NCBI GenBank assembly: GCA_965248695.1
Contig: CBDFKD010000002.1
Coordinates: 3,808,001 to 3,872,000, forward strand
Direction of reading: 5' to 3'
From: Acidobacteriota bacterium
Lineage (GTDB): Bacteria > Acidobacteriota > UBA890 > WLXD01
Length of the DNA: 64,000 bases
The position numbers and the translations under genes were made by a program. Position 1 is the first letter of the stretch. Every line of letters starts with the position of its first letter. The notes beneath the pieces were generated by a model. It had not been told where the DNA came from, ran no database searches, and saw nothing but the letters and a program-made list of their open reading frames with translations. Positions 1-9,398 of the stretch are shown piece by piece.

Positions 1-102
1 TTTCCAGAGGGGCACCAACGCTTCCTGGAGGCGATCGAAGCGCTCCTGTAGCGCCTCTTCCGGCAGCTCCAGCCGCGGTACCGGCAACTCCGCATGCGCC
101 AT
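1..102 (-). CDS. 5' end of a gene running off the window; resembles the N-terminus of PGM1-related (ATP-grasp) peptide ligase proteins
   Basis: Manual translation from ATG at 102: MAHAELPVPRLELPEEALQERFDRLQEALVPLWK, open to the window edge; only 34 codons visible. Confidence 0.45.
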   Translation of the reverse strand, partial: MAHAELPVPRLELPEEALQERFDRLQEALVPLWK

Positions 103-115
103 GGGTCTGAACCTG

Positions 116-508
116 CTATTGCGCGCTCAGCTTCAGCAACTCATCGAGCAGAAACAAGTCGGTGAGCAGAGCGCGCAAGTGGATCGACGCGTTGAGGTTG
201 TCGACCAGTTGCGAGCTGATCGACGGCTGCGACAACACCAGCTGGATTGCGGCCCGCCCGCTCCGCGCGTCACGTTCGAGCACTGCCATGAAATCGGCAT
301 AGGCCGCGATTGCGTCGTCGTCACCGGCCGCATAGGTCGCGGCAGTCGCTGGTAGCTCGGTGAGCGCGGTAACAGACCGTTGCAGGAACTCGCGCAGCTG
401 CCCCCCTGACTTGCTCCCCGCATCGCCCTCGAGCCCCTGTGCGGCGTAGGCGAGCATGAACTCGTAGCTTTCTTCGAGCGTGTCGATGTGTCGCTGCAGA
501 TCGTTCAT
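116..508 (-). CDS. Conserved-looking hypothetical helical protein downstream of the molybdoenzyme operon
   Basis: ORF 116..556; ATG at 508 (MNDLQRHIDTLEESYEFMLAYAAQG) is the more likely start; protein-like composition. Confidence 0.7.
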   Translation of the reverse strand: MNDLQRHIDTLEESYEFMLAYAAQGLEGDAGSKSGGQLREFLQRSVTALTELPATAATYAAGDDDAIAAYADFMAVLERDARSGRAAIQLVLSQPSISSQLVDNLNASIHLRALLTDLFLLDELLKLSAQ

Positions 509-613
509 TGGTCGAGCTCGACGCTGGTGTTCAGGCGATGCGGCGACAGACGGCACCGGTACGCAGAACGAGCCTGTCGAAGTGGCACGTCGGTGCCCGG
601 CCCGCGGGCAGGG

Positions 614-1471
614 TCACGCAGCGTCGGAATCGCTGCCGGAGTCTGCACCGGCTACGCTCCAGCGCGCCGGATCGTGATGCTCGAGGTACTCATCGCGATG
701 GATCCACCCGAAGATCATCGACTTCGTGATCCAGCGTTTCTCGGGCAACACGGCAAAATAAACATGGGTGATGACCAGCGTTACCAGACCGATCGCCCCG
801 AGCCCGTGCAGCACGTACACCCAGCCCCACGTCTGATCGGTGAACAGGTACGGGTTGCGGGCCCAGAACGGTGTTTCCACCCGCACCATCATCGCCACTC
901 CGGTGCCGATCGCCATGATCGATGTGACCACCACGGCGTGGTGGTAGAGGCGGTTGGGTAACGGGTACTTCGGATCCTTGCCCGGCTGCTGCGTCGGACG
1001 TCCCATCGCCCGGCGGAGGCGCCGCCGCATGTCCTCCAGGTCCGTGCTCTCGAACCAGACCGATCGCCAGTTGCCGCGCATGGTCGCGTGCACGATATGG
1101 AAGAGCACGCAGCCGATCAGAACGAGGCCGGCGATCCAGTGGATCGTCACCCAGGCGAACTGGATACCGACCACCGGGGCGAAACCGGTGATCAGCAGAA
1201 CGAACATCGAGATCGCCATCAACCAGTGGAAGCTCCGCGATACCGAGGAATGGCGCGCCACCTGTTCCGGCACTCCGGCCGGCGCGCTGGCCCCTTGGTC
1301 TCCCGCCGCCGCTGCCGAGGCGGCGATCTTGGGAACCAGTGTTCGGCGGAAGATCAGGTGTGCGACGACGAATAGCACGCCGGCGACGAGCGCGATCCAG
1401 AACAGATTCCAGGAGATACGAACGAGAATCTCCTGACCCCACGGATTCTGGTCCCACTGGAGGAAATCCAT
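614..1471 (-). CDS. Membrane cytochrome b (formate dehydrogenase gamma / Ni-hydrogenase cytochrome b type)
   Basis: Several TM helices with conserved His (FHWLM, IHWIAG, LYHH, LHGLG, ITHVY); ends with SMIFGWI..EHH motif. Confidence 0.85.
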   Translation of the reverse strand: MDFLQWDQNPWGQEILVRISWNLFWIALVAGVLFVVAHLIFRRTLVPKIAASAAAAGDQGASAPAGVPEQVARHSSVSRSFHWLMAISMFVLLITGFAPVVGIQFAWVTIHWIAGLVLIGCVLFHIVHATMRGNWRSVWFESTDLEDMRRRLRRAMGRPTQQPGKDPKYPLPNRLYHHAVVVTSIMAIGTGVAMMVRVETPFWARNPYLFTDQTWGWVYVLHGLGAIGLVTLVITHVYFAVLPEKRWITKSMIFGWIHRDEYLEHHDPARWSVAGADSGSDSDAA

Positions 1472-1483
1472 CGGCGCGCGCCC

Positions 1484-2485
1484 TCAGGCCTGCGCGTCGC
1501 GGATGGCGCGCTTCACGAGGTTCTTCATCAACGGGATCTTGTAGCGGTTGTGCACCAGCGGACGAGCCCCCTGGACGGCAACCTCGCCTGCGGCTTCGGC
1601 GAGCTCTTCGCTGGCACGCTCGCCGCGGATCTGCTGCTCGACGCTGGTCAGCCGCATGGGCACGCACGACACCGCGTTGACGACAATGCGCGCGCGCTGG
1701 ATGACGCCGCCACTGACCTCCATCGCGGAAGCGATGTTCACCAGCGGGAAGTCCCACGCCTGCCGATCACGCGCCTTCTCGAAATAGAAGCGCGTGCCCG
1801 CCCAGGCCGCCGGGATGCGGATGCTGGTGAGCAGATCGTTGGGCTCGAGGATCGTCATCCGCTCGATGTCGCTGCCGGGACCGATGAAGAAGTCCTCGGC
1901 GTCGACGACGCGTTCGCCGCTCGCGTTGTTGATGACCATCTTGGCATCGAGCGCCACTAGCGCCGGCGCCGTGTCGGACGGGTTGACGGCGACGCATCGA
2001 TCCGCCCCGAACAACGCGTGCTCGCGGTTGATCGACGTCGGCGTGTCGGCGTAGCAGATGTTGCCGCCGGCGCGGTAACAGGGCCAGCCGCCGCGGTAGT
2101 ACCAGCACCGAGCATCCTGCGCCACGTTGCCGCCGAGGGTTCCCTGGTTGCGAATCTGCGGCGTCGCAACCACCTCGGCCGCCGTTGCCAGCAGCTCGAA
2201 ACCCGAGTTGACCAGATCGTCTCGAATGACGTCGGTGAGAGTCGTCATCGCGCCGATCTCGATTCCGTCGTCGGCCACGCGCACGCCGCGAAGCTCGCTG
2301 ACCGATCCGAGGTCCACCACTACGCTCGGGCGCCGAATGCGTTCCTTGAGCCACTCGAAACTGTCGAGGCCTCCGCCAATGGTCCAGGCGTTGGACCCAT
2401 AACGATCCAGTAGCGCGACCGCGTCGCCCACGGAACCCGGCTGAAAGAGGTCGAAAGTCGGCATCATGTCGCGAATAGTCGCCAT
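1484..2485 (-). CDS. Xanthine dehydrogenase family FAD-binding subunit (PaoB/YagS-like) with Cys-rich [4Fe-4S] insert
   Basis: GGGLD, IGAMTTL, TPQIRNQGTLGGN, RCWYYR..CYR..C...RCVAVNPSD motifs. Confidence 0.92.
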   Translation of the reverse strand: MATIRDMMPTFDLFQPGSVGDAVALLDRYGSNAWTIGGGLDSFEWLKERIRRPSVVVDLGSVSELRGVRVADDGIEIGAMTTLTDVIRDDLVNSGFELLATAAEVVATPQIRNQGTLGGNVAQDARCWYYRGGWPCYRAGGNICYADTPTSINREHALFGADRCVAVNPSDTAPALVALDAKMVINNASGERVVDAEDFFIGPGSDIERMTILEPNDLLTSIRIPAAWAGTRFYFEKARDRQAWDFPLVNIASAMEVSGGVIQRARIVVNAVSCVPMRLTSVEQQIRGERASEELAEAAGEVAVQGARPLVHNRYKIPLMKNLVKRAIRDAQA

Positions 2486-2501
2486 CGTCTCTTCCTCCTT
2501 C

Positions 2502-4919
2502 CTACAGGTGGGCCGTGGGGCGTCGGAACGGTGCGGCGGGAATGCTCTCGAGCTCTGCCATGATCATCTCGGTCGTAATCGGCGTTCGGTTGAAGGCGGC
2601 CGCACCGAGTGCGTCCTGGATAGCGCAGGCGACAGCGCCAGCGCCGGCACCTACCGGCGGCTCTCCGATCCCCTTGACGCCCACTGGGGTCTGGGGATCA
2701 GGCTGATCGACAGCCCCCCATTGGACGTCGAGCGGGATGTCCAACATCGTCGGCGGCTTCGCCATGTGGAAGCCCTTCGTAAACGGCACGCCCCACTGCG
2801 GGTCGTACACCCATTTCTGGCTCACGGCGACGCCGAATCCCTGGATGCTCCCACCGTAGATCTGTGACCCCAGGCTGCGCGGATGCAGGATGGTTCCGCA
2901 GTCGGTCGTACCGACGTACTCGACGATGTCCATCTGCCCGGTCTCGACGTCGATCTCGACGCGCGCGAAGCCGATGACCCAAGAGAACGTCGAGCCCTCG
3001 CGACCGAAGTCGTCCTTGGCCACTCCCATGAGGCCTTGTCCCGCGAGCCCCGCGGCCGCTACGGCGGTCGCGGCGTTGATATCCTCCGGCGTCTCGTGGC
3101 CGTCGTACGTCCCCCCGAGCGCCACTGCGCGGCGTGCCGCCGCCGCGAAGCTCATCGAGCGAGAACGGTTCGAACGGCTGGTTACCCGACCTCCGCCGAC
3201 GTCGTAGTCGCTTGCCGAACCGCCGAGGTCGCGTGCCGCGATCTCCTGCAGCTTGCGCTTGGCATCCAGGCCGGCTGCGTAGTTGGCACGCGTGTGGGCG
3301 TGGGCGGTCTGACTCCCGGCCTGTACGGCGCTGTATGGCAAATGACGCGCCGAGCTCCCCCAGACGATCTCGACCTGCTCCCAGGGCATGTCGAGGACTT
3401 CCGCCGCGGCTCGGGCCGTATCGGCGACCGAATGCGTGCCGAGGTTGCCGATGCCCTGATGGACGCGCAGCTTGCCGTCTTCCTTCAGGACGACCAAGCC
3501 GTCGTAGCCGATGCTGCCGCCAACGAACGGGCTCACCGCTACGCCGACGCCGGTCACCTTGGTGCCGTCGCGCTGGCCGCTCATCTGGCTCTTGGATTCC
3601 CAATCGAAGAGCTCGGCGCCCATATCGATCGCCTCGCGAACGAAGGCGCTGGTCAGCGTCGCCTGGCCCGGTCCGAACCGGCTGTCCTTGTCGGCGGCGT
3701 TGATTCGCCGCATCTCGACGCGATCGACGTCGAGTTGTCGCGCCGCCCGATCCATCAACGGCTCGAGCATGGCCACTACCTGTACGCCGCCCGGCCCGCG
3801 CTGGGCGGATCGCGGCGGCGTGTTGGTGAGCACCGTGACACCGCGGAAGCGCATCGTCAGGGGCGTATACGCCAGCGAGCCGATGGTGCCGGCGGTGAAC
3901 ATGTCACCCTGGCGTCCGTACGGCCCGTTGTCCTGCACGATGAACAGATCGAGAGCGGTCAGACGGCCATCGGCGCGCCAACCCATCTTCACTTGTGCCT
4001 GAAAACCGCAGCGGGCCCGACCGATGTAGTTCTCCTCGGCACGGGTGACGCGGTACATGACCGGCTTGCCGGTCTTGCGTGCCAGCAGCGCCGGGATCGG
4101 CATGTTGACGGTGCCGGCGATCTTGCTGCCGAAGCCGCCACCGCAGTACTCGGCAATGAATACGACGTCGGCTTCGTCGATGCCTACGCCGCGCGCCACG
4201 GAACCAGCGGTGCGCTGGGTGCTCTGCGTCGACCCATGCAAGTACAGCTTGCCGTTCTGCCAGTACGCCATGCAGCTGCGGGGCTCGAGCGGATGGTGCG
4301 TCAGTGACTGATGCACGATGGTCTCGTCGAGCACGAAGTCGGCTTCCGCGAAGCCCTCTTCGAGGTCGCCCACCTCCCACTCGGCGTTCACCTCGCCAAT
4401 GGGGAGCCCGTCGCCGGCGTTGTCGAACGCCTCGGCGGGCCACTTGATCGACTGCAGGTTCGTCTCACCTTCCTCGCGCACGAAGCTATTGCCGCCCACC
4501 CGGGCGTCCGGCCCGTCGGGACGCAGGCTGTCGAGCGGGTCCACCACGAACGGCAATGGCTCGAAATCGATCTCGATGCGCTCAATGGCCTCTGCAGCCG
4601 TGGTTTCGTCGACCGCGGCGACCGCCAGGATCGCCTCGCCCTCGTACAGCGGCTCCATCGTGAGCGCGCGCTCGGCGTATGGGTTGTCGTTCGGCGGCAG
4701 ATCTTCGGCGGTGATCACGCCTTCGACGCCGGGCATTCGCAGCGCGGCGCTGGCGTCGATGCGGGTGACGCGTGCGTGTGGCATCGGGCTCGACAGGACC
4801 TTGGCGAACAGCATGCCTTCGGCACGGAAGTCCTCGGCGTACTTCGCCTTGCCGGTGATCTTCGCCACCAGGTCGGGCGGCACGATGTCCTCGCCGATGA
4901 GCTTCCAGGGCCCGGCCAT
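2502..4919 (-). CDS. Xanthine dehydrogenase family molybdopterin-binding subunit (PaoC/YagR-like)
   Basis: KITGKAKYAED, SPMPHARV, GGGFGSK, RGPG and KGIGEPP (catalytic Glu) motifs. Confidence 0.95.
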   Translation of the reverse strand: MAGPWKLIGEDIVPPDLVAKITGKAKYAEDFRAEGMLFAKVLSSPMPHARVTRIDASAALRMPGVEGVITAEDLPPNDNPYAERALTMEPLYEGEAILAVAAVDETTAAEAIERIEIDFEPLPFVVDPLDSLRPDGPDARVGGNSFVREEGETNLQSIKWPAEAFDNAGDGLPIGEVNAEWEVGDLEEGFAEADFVLDETIVHQSLTHHPLEPRSCMAYWQNGKLYLHGSTQSTQRTAGSVARGVGIDEADVVFIAEYCGGGFGSKIAGTVNMPIPALLARKTGKPVMYRVTRAEENYIGRARCGFQAQVKMGWRADGRLTALDLFIVQDNGPYGRQGDMFTAGTIGSLAYTPLTMRFRGVTVLTNTPPRSAQRGPGGVQVVAMLEPLMDRAARQLDVDRVEMRRINAADKDSRFGPGQATLTSAFVREAIDMGAELFDWESKSQMSGQRDGTKVTGVGVAVSPFVGGSIGYDGLVVLKEDGKLRVHQGIGNLGTHSVADTARAAAEVLDMPWEQVEIVWGSSARHLPYSAVQAGSQTAHAHTRANYAAGLDAKRKLQEIAARDLGGSASDYDVGGGRVTSRSNRSRSMSFAAAARRAVALGGTYDGHETPEDINAATAVAAAGLAGQGLMGVAKDDFGREGSTFSWVIGFARVEIDVETGQMDIVEYVGTTDCGTILHPRSLGSQIYGGSIQGFGVAVSQKWVYDPQWGVPFTKGFHMAKPPTMLDIPLDVQWGAVDQPDPQTPVGVKGIGEPPVGAGAGAVACAIQDALGAAAFNRTPITTEMIMAELESIPAAPFRRPTAHL

Positions 4920-5566
4920 CAGTCTGCCTCCGCCGGCACGCCTTCACGGGTGTAGCGAGCGGCTTCCATGGCGCAGTCGAGGATCTTGTGATAATCGCAA
5001 CACCGACAGAGGTTGCCGGACAGCGCGTGCGCGGCCTCCTCGCGTGTCGGATCGGGATTGTCGGCCACCATCGCCGTCATGCTCATGATGAACCCCGGGG
5101 CGCAGAAGGCGCACTGGAAGCCGCCGCCGTCGACCACCGCTTGCTGCACCGGGTGCAGCTCGCCGGTGGGGCTGGCGAGACCCTCGATCGACGTCACCTC
5201 ACGTCCTCGGACACTGTGCGTCAGCACCGAGCAGGAGTAATGGTTGACGCCATTGATCAACAGGGTGCAGGCGCCGCATTCGGCGCGGTCGCAGCCCAGC
5301 TTGGTGCCCGTGAGCCCGAGCTTGTAGCGCAGGGTCATGGCGAGCGTTTCTTGCGGCAGAATGTCCACCCGGCGTTGCTGGCCGTTGATGTTCAACGTGA
5401 CGAGGCGCTCCACAGCGCCGGCCGCGCTTTGTGCCGTCGCAGTTCCCGCACCGCGGAAGAGATACGCTGCGGATGACACGGCGGCGCCGCTGGCGATCAC
5501 TCCCTTGATGAAGTTCCTCCGGGAAACGGCTGGATCGACGTCGGTGATGATCTCCACCTCAGACAT
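4919..5566 (-). CDS. (2Fe-2S)-binding subunit with Tat signal (PaoA/YagT-like)
   Basis: SRRNFIK twin-Arg; GTKLGCDRAECGACT, FQCAFCAPG, GNLCRC. Confidence 0.95.
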   Translation of the reverse strand: MSEVEIITDVDPAVSRRNFIKGVIASGAAVSSAAYLFRGAGTATAQSAAGAVERLVTLNINGQQRRVDILPQETLAMTLRYKLGLTGTKLGCDRAECGACTLLINGVNHYSCSVLTHSVRGREVTSIEGLASPTGELHPVQQAVVDGGGFQCAFCAPGFIMSMTAMVADNPDPTREEAAHALSGNLCRCCDYHKILDCAMEAARYTREGVPAEAD

Positions 5567-5761
5567 AGAAAGTCACCTCTTGGCAGCCAAACGCGTCCGC
5601 ATCACCGACGCGACGAGCCGTCGCGCAACGGCGGGTTCGCATGTGGTTGGTTCGCAGCCGTATCTTCATGGTGTCGGCCCGTATGATCTAACAGGATCAA
5701 GGACGAAACGCCAGAGGACCGTAGCAGATTTCGACGGTAAGGCGGGTCCCCGGAGTCCCTC

Positions 5762-5783
5762 AAAGACTCATTAAAGACTCATT
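5762..5783. repeat. 11-bp tandem duplication AAAGACTCATT x2
   Basis: caaagactcattaaagactcattcc, overlapping the stop codon of the 5779..6306 gene. Confidence 0.8.
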
Positions 5784-6306
5784 CCTCGGGCGCCAGCGAC
5801 ACGCTTTCCAGGTACGCCCGGTAGTCTTCGGCCCGTTCCGGCGTCAAGTTGGCGCTGCGATCGTTGAAGCTGAGCACGAGCACTTCCTGGCCCATGCCGA
5901 CGATGAGCCGCACCGCGCGCAGGTCGCCCAGCAGGCTGGTCCAGGACACATCGGCGAACAGCGCTGGGCGTCCCGAGACGCGCAACTCCTCTACTGCGTT
6001 GACCGTGGGCGCTGACAGCAGTGCCGTCCAGGCGTCGAACACCGCCTGCGGCCCGGCTCCGTCATGGTTCTCACGCGTCATGCTGAAGCCCGGGTACAAC
6101 CCCGAGCCTTGTACGTAGGAGGCAAGGACAGCTTCGCCGGAGAAGCCACCCTCCTGCCACTCGGCTGGAATGTGCATCGTCAGCCCGACGGCTGGAATGC
6201 GCAGCTGCTGACCTTCGCCCTCCTGCGCCATAGCGGCCGAGGCGGTGGAAAGAACGATCAGCAGCGCCGCTGGCGCCAAGAATCGGGCGGGAAGTTTCTG
6301 GGTCAT
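5779..6306 (-). CDS. Exported hypothetical protein
   Basis: MTQKLPARFLAPAALLIVLSTASAAMA signal peptide; GAGG upstream of ATG 6306. Confidence 0.7.
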   Translation of the reverse strand: MTQKLPARFLAPAALLIVLSTASAAMAQEGEGQQLRIPAVGLTMHIPAEWQEGGFSGEAVLASYVQGSGLYPGFSMTRENHDGAGPQAVFDAWTALLSAPTVNAVEELRVSGRPALFADVSWTSLLGDLRAVRLIVGMGQEVLVLSFNDRSANLTPERAEDYRAYLESVSLAPEE

Positions 6307-6344
6307 CGTGGGACCTCGGGTGCAGGAAGGCCGGGGCGTGGAGG

Positions 6345-6731
6345 CTAACGATGGACGATCTTCCGGAAGCGCCACAACAGCAACCCCAGCGCCAGCGAGT
6401 TGATCACCAATCCGATCATCAGAGGCAGCGCGTACGGTCGGCCCTCGGCGGCCAACCAGACGATCTTCATCGGCCAGTAGGTTGGCCAGAACCCCATCAG
6501 ATACTGCCTGGGCTCGGGGACGAAGTAGGCCACCAGCGGCAGGATCTGCACCGCGTTGAGCACCTTCATGGTGGCGAAACCGGTGACCTTGTTGTCGGCG
6601 AACACGGCCAGCGCCAGCGCCATGAACGGGGCTCCGAACGCACCGACAAACGCTGCCGCGGCGAGGTCAGGCAGAGCCAGCGGTGCGAGACCGGCGATCG
6701 GGTAGGTGATCAGCGTCATCACCGGGATCGC
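6345..6731 (-). pseudogene. 3' fragment of ABC-2 permease (Rv2686c-like fluoroquinolone-export family)
   Basis: FADNKVTGFATMK and FWPTYWPMK motifs; only about 128 codons; 5' end replaced by the integrase remnant. Confidence 0.75.
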
Positions 6732-6736
6732 TTGCT

Positions 6737-6904
6737 CTACTTGGGATTTTCTGAATGTGGTACCGATTTTGTACCATTTCGGGCTTCATCGCTATGCAAA
6801 ACAGCTCCCCATTGCGCCGACGATTCCCGGATCAGGCGGTCGTCATCGTGCACGTACAGCATCGTCGTCTTGATGTCCGAGTGGGTGGCGACCAGCGTCG
6901 CTGT
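6737..6904 (-). pseudogene. C-terminal remnant of tyrosine recombinase/integrase
   Basis: Manual translation TATLVATHSDIKTTMLYVHDDDRLIRES...NGTKSVPHSENPK*; contains box II H-S-D-I-x-T-T-x-x-Y-x-H with the catalytic Tyr; in-frame TAG directly upstream. Confidence 0.8.
6758..6779. other. Putative integrase arm-type site (11-bp tandem)
   Basis: TGGTACCGATT-TTGTACCATTT; near-identical to 38455..38476 and similar to 24804..24826. Confidence 0.55.
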
Positions 6905-6958
6905 CTAGCAGGTAACGGTAGCGCCGAAATTCAAACTGAGACACTACCGGGCGGTTCG
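6903..6958. other. Putative site-specific recombination site(s)
   Basis: GTCTAG-N8-GGTAGC followed by TTCAAACTGAGACACTACC (6930..6948); the latter matches 24767..24785 in inverted orientation at 16/19. Confidence 0.5.
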
Positions 6959-7041
6959 GCGGGTTGATCGCGACGCCGCGACATGCTATGCAGCATGCTG
7001 CGATGCGGTAGCGTTAGGCACCCTCTCGGATCATCTCGCCA

Positions 7042-9384
7042 GTGGCCACCGTGTTCTGCACACCTGAAACAGTCCCTCGGCACGCGCCCGCCAGGCGCGT
7101 CGTCATCGCCTGGTTGGCCGCCGCGCTGATCGTGCCCGCCGCGTCGGAGGCTCAGTCGAAGCCACCGGCGCAGACGGACGGGGCCGGCAACAGCTCTCGG
7201 GTCGCGCCCGCCGGGAGCGACGAGTGGAACGACCTCGCGGTCACCGAGGCGGACCGTCTGTATCAGGTCGTCGCGGTGCGGGCATCCGTACCGCCGGACG
7301 TCGACGGCCTGCTCGATGACACGGTGTGGGATGAAGCCGAGCCGCTGGCGCGCTTCGTCCAGGCTCAGCCGGACGAAGGCGCGGATGCGAGCGAGCGCAT
7401 GGAAGTTCGTGTGCTGTACGACGACGAGGCGATCTACATCGGCGCTCGATTGTGGGACTCGTCGCCGCGCGACGTGGTCGCCTCGGTGCTGCGGCGCGAT
7501 GAGGACCACAGAGACAACGACGCGTTCGCGGTAACCCTCGATACCTACCACGACCATCGCAACGGCTACTTCTTCGAGACCAACGCGTTGGGCGCGCGGT
7601 TCGATGCGCAGATCATCGGCGAGGGCGGCACCGCACTTTGGGGGGGGGTCAGCGCCACCTTCAACAGAGACTGGGATGCGATCTGGTCGGCGGCTGGACA
7701 TCGCGACGACGAGGGCTGGTCGGTCGAGCTCGCCATCCCGTTTTGGGTGCTGCGCTTCGATCGCGACAACATGCGGGCGTGGGGCATCAACTTCCGGCGC
7801 ACGCTCAAGCGCAACTCGGAGCAGGCCTTCTGGGCGCCGGTGCCACGGCAATACGATGCCACACGGCTGTCGATGTCGGGGATGTTGGTCGGCATGCAGG
7901 CGGTTGACCGGCCGCGGAACCTCCAGGTCAAGCCGTTCGCGCTCGGCGATGTCGGACAGATCGGCAACGGACCGATAACGAGCCCGTTCTCATCGCACTT
8001 CACCGACTCTTCCGCGGATGCGGGCGTCGATATCAAGTGGATCGCCACACCGAACCTGACCGTCGACGCGACGCTCAACACCGACTTCGCGCAGGTCGAG
8101 GCCGACGACGTGCAGGTCAACCTCACGCGCTTTCCGCTGTTCTTCCCGGAGAAACGCGAGTTCTTCCTCGAGAACGCCGGCCTCTTCCAGTTCGGCAGCA
8201 GCGGTGTCCGCGACGGTGCCAGGGTGATCGGGTTTCACTCGCGCACAATCGGGATCTTTCAGGGTGGCGAGGTGCCGATCCTCGGCGGGGTACGCTTGAC
8301 CGGCAAGGCCGGCGGCTGGAACATCGGCGCGTTGACCATGCAGACCGACGCCGTGGATAGCTTGCAGCTGGGATCCGAGAACCACGGCGTGTTGCGAGTG
8401 CGCCGCGAGCTCGGCAGCCGCTCCAGCATCGGCATGCTGTTCACCAACCGGCACGAGAGCGGCACGAGCTACAACCGCTCCCTGGGCTTCGACGGGCGCT
8501 GGGCGATCGGCTCGGGGGCAACCGTCGATGGGTGGTGGATGAAGACCGAGACGCCGGGCGTCGAGTCCGGCACCGATTCGGCCGGTGCGGTGAAGTTCGA
8601 GTGGGCCAACTCGCGATTCACCGTCAACGGATCGGCGATGGACGTCGGCGACGCTTTCAACCCCGGTTTGGGCTTCGTCAACCGCGTCGGGCTGCGCTCG
8701 TACAGCACCACGGCGACCTGGTCGCCCTACTACCCGGAATCCCCGTGGGTACGCAACCTGGCCCCACACGTGGGGCTGTCTTATGTGACTGATCGTGCCA
8801 ACCGGCTGATCACACGGCGCGAGCACTACGACTTCGACCTGTTCCTGCGCCGCGGCGACAAGCTCAGCATCGAGAACAACCGGCGCTTCGAGCAGCTCGA
8901 CCTGCCCTTCGAGATCGTCCCGGGTGTGGTCATACCGCCGGGCGCCTACCACTTCAACGAGATCCACCTGGAGGCGCAATCGGACAAGAGCCGCCCAGTT
9001 TGGGGAACGGTGAACTACACGTTCGGCGACTTCTGGGACGGAACCCGGGATGTCTGGAAGCTCGAGGCCGGTGCGCGCATCGGTGCTCGCTTCGCGGCGC
9101 GAGTGTCGCTGGATCGCAACGACGTACAGCTCCCGGGCGGCGACTTCGTCGCCGACATTTGGCGCGCTCGAATCGGCTATGACTTCAACACCCGCCTGTT
9201 TCTGTCCGGGCTGTTCCAGTACGACAACATCACCGATCGGTTCCTCAGCAACGTCCGCGTGAATTTCATCCACACGCCGGGGGCGGACCTGTTTCTCGTG
9301 TACAACGAGCGCCGGTTGATCGAAGATCCGACGCTAATCGACCGCTCGATCATCCTCAAGGTGACCCAGCTATTCCGCCTCTAG
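7042..9384 (+). CDS. DUF5916 / CBM9-like domain outer-membrane protein
   Basis: Signal-like N-terminus; VDGLLDD..W, LDTYHDHRNGY, NTDFAQVEAD, RFPLFFPEKREFFLE; beta-barrel-like C-terminus. Confidence 0.9.
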   Translation: MATVFCTPETVPRHAPARRVVIAWLAAALIVPAASEAQSKPPAQTDGAGNSSRVAPAGSDEWNDLAVTEADRLYQVVAVRASVPPDVDGLLDDTVWDEAEPLARFVQAQPDEGADASERMEVRVLYDDEAIYIGARLWDSSPRDVVASVLRRDEDHRDNDAFAVTLDTYHDHRNGYFFETNALGARFDAQIIGEGGTALWGGVSATFNRDWDAIWSAAGHRDDEGWSVELAIPFWVLRFDRDNMRAWGINFRRTLKRNSEQAFWAPVPRQYDATRLSMSGMLVGMQAVDRPRNLQVKPFALGDVGQIGNGPITSPFSSHFTDSSADAGVDIKWIATPNLTVDATLNTDFAQVEADDVQVNLTRFPLFFPEKREFFLENAGLFQFGSSGVRDGARVIGFHSRTIGIFQGGEVPILGGVRLTGKAGGWNIGALTMQTDAVDSLQLGSENHGVLRVRRELGSRSSIGMLFTNRHESGTSYNRSLGFDGRWAIGSGATVDGWWMKTETPGVESGTDSAGAVKFEWANSRFTVNGSAMDVGDAFNPGLGFVNRVGLRSYSTTATWSPYYPESPWVRNLAPHVGLSYVTDRANRLITRREHYDFDLFLRRGDKLSIENNRRFEQLDLPFEIVPGVVIPPGAYHFNEIHLEAQSDKSRPVWGTVNYTFGDFWDGTRDVWKLEAGARIGARFAARVSLDRNDVQLPGGDFVADIWRARIGYDFNTRLFLSGLFQYDNITDRFLSNVRVNFIHTPGADLFLVYNERRLIEDPTLIDRSIILKVTQLFRL

Positions 9385-9398
9385 GGCCTCCCGACCGT

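Noticed and set aside
2883-4307. Long antisense or alternate-frame ORFs (also 7990..9273, 11171..12520, 54530..55933, 62002..63240 and others)
   Set aside because: Shadow ORFs expected in high-GC coding DNA; no motifs; overlap well-supported genes
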